From IMG/VR virus record IMGVR_UViG_3300012016_000001, positions 1 to 64,000 of that record: a stretch of DNA of 64,000 bases; one strand, 5' to 3'. The notes beneath the pieces were generated by a model, which worked only from the letters and a program-made list of their open reading frames with translations, was not told the DNA's origin and made no database searches. Shown piece after piece: positions 51,599 through 61,103 of the stretch (its first letter is position 1; each line of letters opens with the position of its first letter). The DNA comes from a virus. Its lineage: Duplodnaviria > Heunggongvirae > Uroviricota > Caudoviricetes. Both the position numbers and the translations under genes were made by a program.

Positions 51599-51914
51599 AA
51601 TTTATTGTCCTTACGGAGAGGAAGTTTTTGTTGCTTATGCAGAAGAAAACCCAATAGATAATGAATTAATTTCTTGGGATGAACTGAGGGAGATATATCA
51701 AGAATTATGGGATAGTTATGGATATATAGTAACAGACCATACTGATGCAGATCCAGATGAAGAAGCTTATGAAGAAGAGTGTGAACAACTGTATGAAGAC
51801 TTTATGTGTGATACAGGAGCATCTGCAGAAGAAATGCCTATAGAGAAGATTAAATTATATACATCTAATGGTTCTGACCCAGAAATAATTTACGACGAAC
51901 GAAATGAAAAGTAA
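51576..51914 (+). CDS. hypothetical acidic protein
   Basis: 112-aa ORF. Confidence 0.45.
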   Translation: MIKTWKVKIYCPYGEEVFVAYAEENPIDNELISWDELREIYQELWDSYGYIVTDHTDADPDEEAYEEECEQLYEDFMCDTGASAEEMPIEKIKLYTSNGSDPEIIYDERNEK

Positions 51915-52584
51915 TTTTATCCATGTTTGCTTTATTATTGATGAAAGTTCATCAATGTACAACTCTGTAAGTGACGTAAAAGGAGGATTCAAGAAGATTA
52001 TAGATGAACAAAAAGCTAATAAAGAAGGTTCTTGTGCTATCTCTATATTTAGATTTGCAACAACTCCAAAAGAGGCTGACTTTATAATGAAAGATGTTAA
52101 CGAAATAGAAGGAAATATAGAATATAATCCTTCTGGTTGTACAGCAATGTATGATGGAATAGGAGTAGCTATAGATGAAATTGGAGAACGTTTAGCCACT
52201 ATGCCTGAAGATGAACGTCCTGAAAAGAACCTTATAGTTATTATGACTGATGGAGAAGAGAACTCTTCCCATATTTATCAACCTTCTAAAGTACATGAGA
52301 TGATTAAGCACCAAGAGCAAAAGTATAATTGGACATTCCTTTATATAGGCACTGATATTACTAATGCTAATGATGCTGATAGAGTAGGAATTGGACGTAA
52401 ATTTGCCACTACAAGAAATAAGATGTATAAAGGTTATAATACTATAAGTAGTATGACTTCTTGTTATAGAGCTACTAAGGGAATGGCAGAAAACAGATAT
52501 GCTGTTATGGACATGTATCTTGATGCTGCAGTTACTGATAGTAATGCGGAATATAAAGCTGATACTGGAATTGAAATAAAATGA
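51904..52584 (+). CDS. vWA domain protein
   Basis: MIDAS-like FIIDESSSM and MTDGEEN. Confidence 0.65.
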   Translation: MKSNFIHVCFIIDESSSMYNSVSDVKGGFKKIIDEQKANKEGSCAISIFRFATTPKEADFIMKDVNEIEGNIEYNPSGCTAMYDGIGVAIDEIGERLATMPEDERPEKNLIVIMTDGEENSSHIYQPSKVHEMIKHQEQKYNWTFLYIGTDITNANDADRVGIGRKFATTRNKMYKGYNTISSMTSCYRATKGMAENRYAVMDMYLDAAVTDSNAEYKADTGIEIK

Positions 52585-52760
52585 CCTACAGAGTTCATTG
52601 TCACGAGCTAGTCTGGATGAACACTATATATGAAGTAGAAGCAGATTCTCCAGAAGATATAGAAGATATAATACTCTCAGGAGAGGCAAACGAAGTTCAA
52701 GCAGATTTTGATTGTTTAGATCAATGTGATATAGAAAGTATAATACCTATTGATGAATAA
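52581..52760 (+). CDS. small acidic protein (59 aa)
   Basis: ATGA overlap. Fills the gap between track ORFs. Confidence 0.3.
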   Translation: MTYRVHCHELVWMNTIYEVEADSPEDIEDIILSGEANEVQADFDCLDQCDIESIIPIDE

Positions 52761-53649
52761 AATTATATTATGTCAAGGCATTCAAGGCTCAGGTAAATCT
52801 ACCTGGGCCAAAGCCTGGGCTAAGGAAAACCCAGAGCATAGAGTAAGACTCAATTATGATGACCTACGTAACATGTTAGGAGTTTATTGGGTACCATCTA
52901 GGGAAGATATGCTTAAAGCTATAGAAGAAGCCTTTCTTACTAAGGCTGCAACAAAGAATTGGGATATTGTTATAGATAATATGAACTTGAATCCAAAAAC
53001 TATTGCTAAATATGAGGAATGGGCAGCAGTTAATGGTTATCAACTTGAAAAGGTTCTATTTGATACTCCAGTAGAAGAATGTATAAGAAGAGATGCTATG
53101 CGCCCTAATCCTATTGGTGAAGTAGTTATCAAACGTACTTGGAATACCTATAGAAACTATATAATACAAGAGAGTATTAAAAAGATGAAAGAAAGAGAAC
53201 TTAAACAAGATCCTAATCTTCCACACTGTATTCTTGTAGATATGGATGCTACTCTCTTTTTAAATACTAGTGGGCGTCCTTTTTATGGAGATAATTTGGA
53301 ACCTACTGATATATTAAAAGATGAACCTATTCCAGGTACTATAGCCTTAGTAAAGGCTTATCAAGCTAGTGGTAATCTAGTATTTGGATTAAGTGGGCGC
53401 GAAGATATACAAGGTATTCGTTTGAACACTGAAAAACAATGTGCTAACCAAGGAATATATCTTGATAAATTATTCTTACGTCCAAAAGGTTCTCGTAAAA
53501 AGGGAGACGAGCAAAAGAAAGAACTATTTGAAAAATACATTAAAGGGCAGTTTTATGTAGACTTTGTTCTTGAGGATTCTTCTAAAGTAGTTAAAATGTA
53601 TAGAGATTTAGGACTTACTGTTCTACAACCAAATGAAGGAAAGTTCTAA
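52753..53649 (+). CDS. polynucleotide 5'-kinase/3'-phosphatase (T4 Pnkp-like)
   Basis: N-terminal IILCQGIQGSGKSTWAKAW closely matches the T4 Pnk P-loop. C-terminal HAD motif LVDMDATL. Confidence 0.8.
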   Translation: MNKIILCQGIQGSGKSTWAKAWAKENPEHRVRLNYDDLRNMLGVYWVPSREDMLKAIEEAFLTKAATKNWDIVIDNMNLNPKTIAKYEEWAAVNGYQLEKVLFDTPVEECIRRDAMRPNPIGEVVIKRTWNTYRNYIIQESIKKMKERELKQDPNLPHCILVDMDATLFLNTSGRPFYGDNLEPTDILKDEPIPGTIALVKAYQASGNLVFGLSGREDIQGIRLNTEKQCANQGIYLDKLFLRPKGSRKKGDEQKKELFEKYIKGQFYVDFVLEDSSKVVKMYRDLGLTVLQPNEGKF

Positions 53650-53660
53650 ACCAATCTATC

Positions 53661-53789
53661 ATGAATAAGATCTATCAAGGATTTATAAATAAAGGATACA
53701 ATAAGGCTCTTAAAGAACTTTTAGAGATTGCTGAGGATATTGATGATACCTATATGATAGAAATTATAAAAAATAAGTTAAAATGGTAG
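53661..53789 (+). CDS. small hypothetical protein (42 aa, TAG stop)
   Basis: Fills the gap between track ORFs. Confidence 0.25.
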   Translation: MNKIYQGFINKGYNKALKELLEIAEDIDDTYMIEIIKNKLKW

Positions 53790-54370
53790 TTATTAAATCA
53801 CAAAGTCAGGTATTCGATAACGGAGCACTTGATATGGCAATGAACCTTTTACACGTACAACAAGGTGAATGGAGTAATTGTCCAAAAGAAAATCTATTTC
53901 TAGACTTTAGAGGAAATCTCTATAAAGATGAAAAAGATAAGTGGAAAATTACGGGATTTGAACTTGATGAAGAGTTTGTAGAAAGAGACTATAAAACTAA
54001 TGAAGTTAAAGGTCCAGCCCACGAATTAGATATGTTTCCAATTGAGAAACTTATTAAATGGGACTTAGACGGTTATATAAAATATCCTCTTATCAATATA
54101 AAATCTATCAAATTCTATTCAGATACATGTAAGAGTTGGAGAGAAAATATTCCTTGTATTACTATAGAAATTGAATCTGATAATGATGAAGCTATAAGAG
54201 AAATCTTTACAATGCTAGCAGGTCTTGCTAATGGTGGTCACTGCTGTGGAGGATATATTAGAGTTAATAAAGATCAAATGTTACATGGTGGGCATGTAGC
54301 TAACTTTGGACTAGATGGAGACGGTTCAGATAGAATATATTATGTCGATGATAAAGAAATGCCCTTATGA
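53783..54370 (+). CDS. hypothetical protein
   Basis: 195-aa ORF. Confidence 0.5.
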   Translation: MVVIKSQSQVFDNGALDMAMNLLHVQQGEWSNCPKENLFLDFRGNLYKDEKDKWKITGFELDEEFVERDYKTNEVKGPAHELDMFPIEKLIKWDLDGYIKYPLINIKSIKFYSDTCKSWRENIPCITIEIESDNDEAIREIFTMLAGLANGGHCCGGYIRVNKDQMLHGGHVANFGLDGDGSDRIYYVDDKEMPL

Positions 54371-54636
54371 AAAATACAGTAACCATTGAACAAGTAAAAG
54401 AAAATATGCAAGATGTAATAGTACGTACTTTAGATGACTTTGGTAAGCCTTGTACTTATGTAACAGTACGTATGAAGAATGGATTTACACTACGTGAATC
54501 TACTACTTGTGTAGATCCAGCTAACTATAACGAAGAAATCGGAAAAGAAATTTGTTTAAGAAAAATTGAAGATAAGATTTGGTTTTTACTTGGATACCAA
54601 CTTCAAGAAGACTTATACCGTAGTGGAGTACTATGA
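54367..54636 (+). CDS. N4 Gp49/Sf6 gp66-like phage protein
   Basis: NGFTLRESTTCVDPANYNEEIGKEICLRKIEDKIWFLLGY fits that family's pattern. Confidence 0.5.
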   Translation: MKNTVTIEQVKENMQDVIVRTLDDFGKPCTYVTVRMKNGFTLRESTTCVDPANYNEEIGKEICLRKIEDKIWFLLGYQLQEDLYRSGVL

Positions 54637-54764
54637 AAATGAGAAATTGCTTCGGATGTGGTTATCATAGAATAGAAAAAGATGAGAATGGAATACCATA
54701 TCATTACTGTCACGATAGAGATTGTAGAGTAAACCCACATGAGCCTGAATGTAATTACGACTAA
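54633..54764 (+). CDS. small Cys/His-rich protein (43 aa)
   Basis: CFGCG...HYCHDRDC...C. Confidence 0.3.
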   Translation: MKMRNCFGCGYHRIEKDENGIPYHYCHDRDCRVNPHEPECNYD

Positions 54765-54783
54765 AGGAAACTTATTGAAGAAG

Positions 54784-55134
54784 ATGACTAAAGAAGAATT
54801 TTTATCTAAACGTACACCAGTATTTGTAGACCCAGAGATTGGGACTATAACACTGGTTAATAATTCTAATTTGAAAGATAAAGATTTTGCAGAAATATTT
54901 TCAAATATAAAAATTAGTTGGCTAGACACAACAAGAGGATACCTACTAGATGATTTTCTGATGTTGTATATAAACGATTATGAAATTCCACGTTTTCATA
55001 TAGGTTGTTGTACTTACTTTTTCAATATGTTTCCTAATATAAACTGGTTAGGATTAGGGTGCAATAAAGGTAAACCTGGAGAAATATGGATACCAAAATT
55101 AATAGTTAGTAAAGGTGATATATGTAGTCTCTAA
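54784..55134 (+). CDS. hypothetical protein
   Basis: Track ORF 54739-55134. The internal ATG at 54784 avoids overlap. Confidence 0.45.
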   Translation: MTKEEFLSKRTPVFVDPEIGTITLVNNSNLKDKDFAEIFSNIKISWLDTTRGYLLDDFLMLYINDYEIPRFHIGCCTYFFNMFPNINWLGLGCNKGKPGEIWIPKLIVSKGDICSL

Positions 55135-57388
55135 TCAAACATCTTTCTATTCTAGATTTTCTAGAATTTCTATAAAAGAATCTTTAGATATTATAAAACA
55201 ATGGGAAAGTATTCAATATGACTCTGAGACTCTTGGTAAGGATGCTCACTGTGGTAAACCTCTTTCTGCGCAATTTGGTTCTCCTAAAAAGGATATTCAA
55301 ATTGTAGTTGATTGGACAACAGTAGATGCTCGTAATTATAAGGAAGTTTTAGAAAGTAAACTAATTGTAGGTCAGAATTTAAAGTTTGATTTACAATGGT
55401 TATATAACTATAGTATTACTCCCTTAAGAGTATATGATACTATGATTGCTGAGCAACTCATTTATTTAGGATTTCCTCCTGCAGGTAAACCAGGAGGAAT
55501 ATCCTATGCTTTGAATGAAATTGCGATGCGTTATCTTGGTAAGTATATTGATAAAACTGTTAGAGGTCAGATTCAGTGGAGAGGATTAGATGATGACGTA
55601 ATAGAATATGCAGCAAACGATGTAGTAGACCTAGTAGATATAGCTAAAAAGCAAATAGAGATATGTAAAGAACGTAAATGTATGCGAGCTCTTCAAATTG
55701 AAATGTCTTTTGTTCCTGTTATAGCTTACTTAGAGTGGTGTGGAATTAAATTAGACGTTACTAAATGGAAAGCTAAGATGCAAAAAGACGAAAATAATAG
55801 ACTTAATAGACTTGAAAAATTAAATCAATTCCTTGTTAAATGGTATCAAGATAATAATGGAAAAGATAATATGGTTAGTGTTCCGTATATAGTATCTTCC
55901 TTTATAAAGGAGAATATACAAGAACCTCCACCTAATGCTAAACCTACTTCTCGCCCATATAAAAAGGAGGGAAATGAAGACGATCTTTTCCAGAATTATT
56001 CTATTCCATTCTATATTACAAATAAAAGTGGAAAGATAATCCCATTTATAAAAATAGATTTACAAGGTGATTTATTTCTAGGTTTTAATACCGGTCCACA
56101 ATGTGTACTTAATTGGGATAGTTCTGACCAAGTTATTTATTTCTGTCAACTACTAGGATTTAATACTAAAGTAGAAGATAAAGTTACTGGTGAAGATAAA
56201 GATTCTGTAGTGGAAAAGGCTCTAAAAGTCCAAAAAGGAATAAATGATGAATTTTTAAATCTATATTTTGATTATAAAGAAGCATCTAAAGTGTGTAGTA
56301 CTTATGGTCAAACATATCTAAATGCAATTAATCCTAATACAGGAAGAATTCATACTAACTTTAAGCAATTAGGAGCTTCATCAGGAAGAATGGCATGTGG
56401 AAGTAAACAAGCTAATGATGATTTAGCTAAACTTAAACACGAAGAACTTTCTAAACTACCTTCTAAATTAAGAAAATGTGGTTATCCACAATTACAAAAT
56501 CTTCCAGCTGACCATGATACTAGAGGGGCATTTGTACCTGAAAAAGGAAATCTAATGTGTTCTTGTGATTATTCTGCTCTAGAAAGTAGACTTGGTGCAG
56601 ATATATATCAAGAACAATCTATGATAGATGAATATCTATATGGTACTGGAGATATTCATTCTTTAACAGCTAAACATTGTTTTCCTAAAGAACTAGAAGG
56701 TATTGAAATTAAAGATATTAAGAAACTTAGACCTGATTTGAGAAGTAGAGCTAAGCCAGTAGAATTTTCTCAACAATTTGGAGGAAGTGCAAAAGCTATT
56801 CAAAGTGCTTTAGGTTGTACTGCAGCAGAGGCAAAAGAAATAGCAGAAGCATATAACAGTGGTTTTGCTGGTATAGCACGCTTCAAAGATATAGGGTTTA
56901 AGAAAGTATGTAGAGATGGTTATGTTCTTATATGTAAATATACTGGACATAGAACTTATATGCCAGATTGGCCAGAGTGGAGAAAGGCTATGGATGATGA
57001 AGAATTTTGGGATGAATATGATGCTGCTAAAGACACTTTACCATATAAAGAGTTTAGTAAAACAGCAGTCTATCATAAAGCTTCTGAATTAAGAAAAACT
57101 TCTTCTAAATGGTCTAGACTAGCTCTTAATTCTCCTACTCAAGGTACTGGCATTATCATTTTAAAAGATGCTATGTCTAACTTCTTTAAATGGATAATTG
57201 ATAATAAGTTATTCAATATAGTTAAAATATGTGATTTAGTACATGATGAAGCTGTAATCGAATATCCAAAATCTATGCCAGAAGTAGCTAACATTCTCAA
57301 GGATATAATGGAAAAGTCCGCAGAAAAATTCTGTAAGGCTTTACCTATTCCTGCTGCTCCAGAAGTTGGAATGTGCTGGTTGCATTAA
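55115..57388 (+). CDS. family A DNA polymerase with 3'-5' exonuclease domain
   Basis: Exo motif YDSETLG. Polymerase motifs DYSALESRL (A), RSRAKPVEFSQQFGG (B), LVHDEAV (C). Confidence 0.85.
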   Translation: MIYVVSNQTSFYSRFSRISIKESLDIIKQWESIQYDSETLGKDAHCGKPLSAQFGSPKKDIQIVVDWTTVDARNYKEVLESKLIVGQNLKFDLQWLYNYSITPLRVYDTMIAEQLIYLGFPPAGKPGGISYALNEIAMRYLGKYIDKTVRGQIQWRGLDDDVIEYAANDVVDLVDIAKKQIEICKERKCMRALQIEMSFVPVIAYLEWCGIKLDVTKWKAKMQKDENNRLNRLEKLNQFLVKWYQDNNGKDNMVSVPYIVSSFIKENIQEPPPNAKPTSRPYKKEGNEDDLFQNYSIPFYITNKSGKIIPFIKIDLQGDLFLGFNTGPQCVLNWDSSDQVIYFCQLLGFNTKVEDKVTGEDKDSVVEKALKVQKGINDEFLNLYFDYKEASKVCSTYGQTYLNAINPNTGRIHTNFKQLGASSGRMACGSKQANDDLAKLKHEELSKLPSKLRKCGYPQLQNLPADHDTRGAFVPEKGNLMCSCDYSALESRLGADIYQEQSMIDEYLYGTGDIHSLTAKHCFPKELEGIEIKDIKKLRPDLRSRAKPVEFSQQFGGSAKAIQSALGCTAAEAKEIAEAYNSGFAGIARFKDIGFKKVCRDGYVLICKYTGHRTYMPDWPEWRKAMDDEEFWDEYDAAKDTLPYKEFSKTAVYHKASELRKTSSKWSRLALNSPTQGTGIIILKDAMSNFFKWIIDNKLFNIVKICDLVHDEAVIEYPKSMPEVANILKDIMEKSAEKFCKALPIPAAPEVGMCWLH

Positions 57389-57418
57389 CTTGTTTTAACA
57401 CATTAAACTTTAAATATT

Positions 57419-58009
57419 ATGAACAAAAGATGTAGATTACTTTTAACAGCTAAGTGTCCTAACAACTGTCCATTATGTTGCAATAAGCAATTCAATTTGG
57501 AAAAGGACGTTCCCGTCATTGATAGATGGGATTACGATGAATTTATCCTTACGGGTGGAGAACCTTTACAATTCCCTATTTCAGTTATTGAAACTATTCA
57601 TAACATTAGTGCTGTAACTGATTATATGGGAATTAACCCTAAGTTTTATCTGTATACGTCAATTTGTAATCCTATAGTATGGAATGAATTACTTTCATAT
57701 TTAAATGGGATTACTTATACGACTCATACTAGGGCTAATGCTAAAGAACTGATTCAATTGATTGGAGTATTTAAGAATCTTAATGCCGGTTATGATGAAG
57801 TTCTTCCAAACCTCTGTAACATTCAAAATAAGTCTGTATGGTTAAATCTATTCCCAGAAGCCAAAGACTTAATTGATACAGAATTAGCTATGACCTCATA
57901 TAGTTGGGATGACATATCCAGGTATTTTCGTATTAAACCAATGGAATGGCTAGAAAACTGTCCAGTTCCTGAAGGTGAAGACTTTAGAAGAATTAATAAT
58001 CTTTGGTAA
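57419..58009 (+). CDS. small radical SAM protein (second one in the window)
   Basis: CPNNCPLC (CxxxCxxC) and LTGGEPLQF. Confidence 0.55.
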   Translation: MNKRCRLLLTAKCPNNCPLCCNKQFNLEKDVPVIDRWDYDEFILTGGEPLQFPISVIETIHNISAVTDYMGINPKFYLYTSICNPIVWNELLSYLNGITYTTHTRANAKELIQLIGVFKNLNAGYDEVLPNLCNIQNKSVWLNLFPEAKDLIDTELAMTSYSWDDISRYFRIKPMEWLENCPVPEGEDFRRINNLW

Positions 58010-58012
58010 AAT

Positions 58013-58222
58013 ATGTGGATAGCACGTGATTATGATGGTAGTCTTTACATGGGTAAAGATAAACCTACCAGAGGTACTAGAAAAATGTGGCTGTGGAAGG
58101 ATCAACCTTCCCAGTCTATTCTAATGGAAGGTTTTCCTTTTGAAGATCTTCCTAACTTTATAAAAGAGTTAGAATGGAAAGATGCTCCTATCCAAGTTAA
58201 ATTTGAAATCAAGAAAAAATGA
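58013..58222 (+). CDS. hypothetical protein
   Basis: 69-aa ORF. Confidence 0.45.
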   Translation: MWIARDYDGSLYMGKDKPTRGTRKMWLWKDQPSQSILMEGFPFEDLPNFIKELEWKDAPIQVKFEIKKK

Positions 58223-58344
58223 CAGTACAAGTCATCATTAGTAAAGATATTGAAGATACTTCTGTAGAAGAAATATCTGAATACTTGGATCTGAGATATT
58301 TAATTACACATGGTTGGATTATAGATAATATTAGTTCTATATGA
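58219..58344 (+). CDS. small acidic protein (41 aa)
   Basis: ATGA overlap. Confidence 0.3.
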   Translation: MTVQVIISKDIEDTSVEEISEYLDLRYLITHGWIIDNISSI

Positions 58345-58496
58345 TAAATATAATTTTAACTATCATTGGGATACTACTAATCATTAATTTAGTATCGTTT
58401 GCTTGGGCTATATATAAAGCCCCATATATGGAAGATTATGAAGATTATCTTATTAGGACAGAATCTAATTATTTAGGACAACGGATTAAAGAATGA
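58341..58496 (+). CDS. small membrane protein (51 aa)
   Basis: IILTIIGILLIINLVSFAW hydrophobic segment. ATGA overlaps at both ends. Confidence 0.35.
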   Translation: MINIILTIIGILLIINLVSFAWAIYKAPYMEDYEDYLIRTESNYLGQRIKE

Positions 58497-59458
58497 ATTT
58501 TATTGAACCTTCTGTTGAAATTATCCAGCAAGAGCCTGGAATTGATGGAATGATGAAGATTATTGAATTAGCAGGTAGAACTGCTTATAAGTCAGAAGAT
58601 CATATAACAGAAGATTCAGCAATAAAATTCGTTAAGATGTTAAAGCAAAGAGACCATGGTGCTGCTTTAGAACATGGTACTTGTTATCTTGCTATTCCAA
58701 GAGATAAATGGAAAGAAATTGTAGATGATTTTAAAACTCCATATAAGTGGAATGGATTTGATCATAGAAACTCAGATTTCGTTTATCTAACTACTAATTA
58801 TAGAGTATTAGTAGAGAATAATCATGAACAATTACTAGATTTTATAGTAACTCCAACTGAAGATGAATTCCAATGGAATGATGGTGTGTATCAGCATTTT
58901 CATAGGAGAATTACTGTAAAGTTTATATGTGATAGAGGAGTAAGCCATGAATTTGTTAGACATCGTGTATTTAGTTTCCTACAAGAAAGTACTAGATACT
59001 GTAATTATAGTAAAGATAAGTTTGGAGGAGTGACATATGTTATTCCTAGATGGATACATGATTTGCAACAAGAAGAGGCTAAATATGTAGATTCTCTTAC
59101 TGGAGTACCAAGAGATCATGTATTAAATGAGGAAGGAATTGCTCTCGTAATGACTCTAGCAGTATTAGATAGAACAGGTGCTGACTTTGTAAATGCATTA
59201 GAACAAGCAGAACGTTCTTATCTAAATATGTTAGGAGGATATGACGGGTATAAGTTAACTCCTCAACAAGCTCGCCAGGTCCTTCCTAATGCTCTTAAAA
59301 CTGAACTAATAATGACAGGTACTATAGAACAATGGGAAGGATTTTTCAAGCTAAGATGCGCACCTAATGCACATCCTGATGCTAGATATTTAGCTATGCA
59401 ACTACGTACTATGTTTGAAGAAAATGGTTATATTAAAAAATTACCTGAACAAGATTAA
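58493..59458 (+). CDS. thyX: flavin-dependent thymidylate synthase ThyX
   Basis: RHRVFSFLQESTRY (RHRxxSxxxxSxR). Confidence 0.85.
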   Translation: MNFIEPSVEIIQQEPGIDGMMKIIELAGRTAYKSEDHITEDSAIKFVKMLKQRDHGAALEHGTCYLAIPRDKWKEIVDDFKTPYKWNGFDHRNSDFVYLTTNYRVLVENNHEQLLDFIVTPTEDEFQWNDGVYQHFHRRITVKFICDRGVSHEFVRHRVFSFLQESTRYCNYSKDKFGGVTYVIPRWIHDLQQEEAKYVDSLTGVPRDHVLNEEGIALVMTLAVLDRTGADFVNALEQAERSYLNMLGGYDGYKLTPQQARQVLPNALKTELIMTGTIEQWEGFFKLRCAPNAHPDARYLAMQLRTMFEENGYIKKLPEQD

Positions 59459-59693
59459 ATGGTGGTGGAGAAATCATAAGTGGATAGACAAAAGAAAATT
59501 TTACGTATTGCCTAAGGAGTATGACGTATTTTGGTTAAATTCTTGGCAGAAGGAAAAAGCAAAAAGTTTTAAAAAAGAACATAAATCCAACTTCTACCAG
59601 TATAGATTTACTCCTGGACCAATAGGTGTAGGCTGTAGTATTTGGTGTGAAGATTGTGACCCTTATGATATAACTGATTATGATATATGGTAA
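59415..59693 (+). CDS. hypothetical protein (start uncertain)
   Basis: 92-aa ORF overlapping thyX by 44 nt. Confidence 0.4.
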   Translation: MKKMVILKNYLNKIKWWWRNHKWIDKRKFYVLPKEYDVFWLNSWQKEKAKSFKKEHKSNFYQYRFTPGPIGVGCSIWCEDCDPYDITDYDIW

Positions 59694-59929
59694 ATGAAGA
59701 AAAACAACAAAAAGTAGAAGCAATGCAGGAACTTCTTGAAAATGAAGATATTAAAAGAATGTGGCTGAAAATGCACACTCCTTGGATACATACAGATAAA
59801 AAGGTAGGACGTAATGAAATATGTCCCTTCTGTGATTCAGGAAAGAAGTATAAGCATTGTGAATGCTATAAGAAGAAAGATGTAGCTAAATTCAGATTAG
59901 ATACAAAACATACAAAAGGATGGAACTAA
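59687..59929 (+). CDS. SEC-C motif small protein
   Basis: NEICPFCDSGKKYKHCEC. Confidence 0.5.
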   Translation: MVNEEKQQKVEAMQELLENEDIKRMWLKMHTPWIHTDKKVGRNEICPFCDSGKKYKHCECYKKKDVAKFRLDTKHTKGWN

Positions 59930-60537
59930 TAAAGAAATATGAGAATGGGGACAACCTGTTCTTTACATCTGATACCCACTTCTATCATGCCAACATTATA
60001 AAGTTTTGTGGTCGTCCATTTGAAGACGTAGAAGAAATGAATAAAACTTTAATAGACAACTGGAACAAAACTGTTGGAAAGAATGATATTGTTTATCATC
60101 TTGGAGACTTTTGCTTTGCAGGTTCAGCTGCATGGTACTCTTTACTTAGTCAATTAAATGGAAGAATTCACTTAATAGTTGGAAATCATGATGAAAAGAA
60201 TCTTAGGCAGGGTTATTCCCAAATGTTTGAGTCAACATCCTATCAGCAGCGCTTACTTATTGAAGGTTATAATGTGTACCTTAATCATTATCCTTATCTG
60301 TGTTATCCAGGGTATAAGCCCTATACAATGCAGCTTTTTGGTCATATTCATAGTAGCCACAATAAGTTTGATGGAATGGACGCTCAAATTGCGAAAGCTC
60401 AGTTACAACCATCTCAATATGATGTGGGAGTAGATTGGAATAACTTTACTCCCATTAGTTGGGAAGAGATAAAACAAAAGATTATTAAACAAAAAGAAGA
60501 AAATGTTAATATGTACGGTAAATCCAAAAAATTATGA
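59920..60537 (+). CDS. metallophosphoesterase
   Basis: FFTSDTHF, LGDF, GNHD, GHIH motifs. Confidence 0.7.
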   Translation: MELIKKYENGDNLFFTSDTHFYHANIIKFCGRPFEDVEEMNKTLIDNWNKTVGKNDIVYHLGDFCFAGSAAWYSLLSQLNGRIHLIVGNHDEKNLRQGYSQMFESTSYQQRLLIEGYNVYLNHYPYLCYPGYKPYTMQLFGHIHSSHNKFDGMDAQIAKAQLQPSQYDVGVDWNNFTPISWEEIKQKIIKQKEENVNMYGKSKKL

Positions 60538-61103
60538 ACAAAACTCTAATTATCGTAGACCCACAGTATGACTTTATAGAAGGTGGAAAACTTCCAGTAG
60601 AAGGAGGTAAACAAGCGTTAGACAATGTTGTTGATTACCTTAATTCTGGAGAGGTATCTTTAGTCATCATCACACAAGATTGTCATAATGGAATGCATTG
60701 CTCATTTAAAGAGCAAGGAGGACCATGGCCAGAACATTGTGTTGAAGGAACTCATGGAGCAGAAATTTATAAACCTATATTAGATGCTATAGAGAAAAAC
60801 CATATTATGGTCTATTATCTACAGAAAGGACATTACTTAGAAGAGTATTCTGCTTTTCGTAGACAAACAGAAGGATATGCTCACTGGAAAGAGTATTCTA
60901 CAGAAGATGATAGAGAACCTTATATTCAGTTCCATGAAGATGAAATAGTTCAAATTTGTGGATTAGCTGGAGATGTTTGTGTTATGAGGACTGCTATAAT
61001 CCTTAAAGATATCAAACCCGTAATCATTGAAGATTTAACTGCTTCTTTAAATGCTGATAACTTTAGGAAACTTGCAGACATAAATGGAATTACAATAGTA
61101 TGA
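60534..61103 (+). CDS. pncA: nicotinamidase (isochorismatase family) PncA
   Basis: IIVDPQYDF (Asp), QDCHNGMHCSF (metal-site D-x-H...H-x-SF pattern), ICGLAGDVCV (catalytic Cys). Confidence 0.7.
   Translation: MNKTLIIVDPQYDFIEGGKLPVEGGKQALDNVVDYLNSGEVSLVIITQDCHNGMHCSFKEQGGPWPEHCVEGTHGAEIYKPILDAIEKNHIMVYYLQKGHYLEEYSAFRRQTEGYAHWKEYSTEDDREPYIQFHEDEIVQICGLAGDVCVMRTAIILKDIKPVIIEDLTASLNADNFRKLADINGITIV

Noticed and set aside
1087-60433. Alternative-frame + strand ORFs nested in larger genes (1087-1308, 16758-16970, 38894-39076, 60179-60433).
   Set aside because: They are fully embedded in longer ORFs with better support (nrdD, metallophosphoesterase and others) and have no independent evidence.
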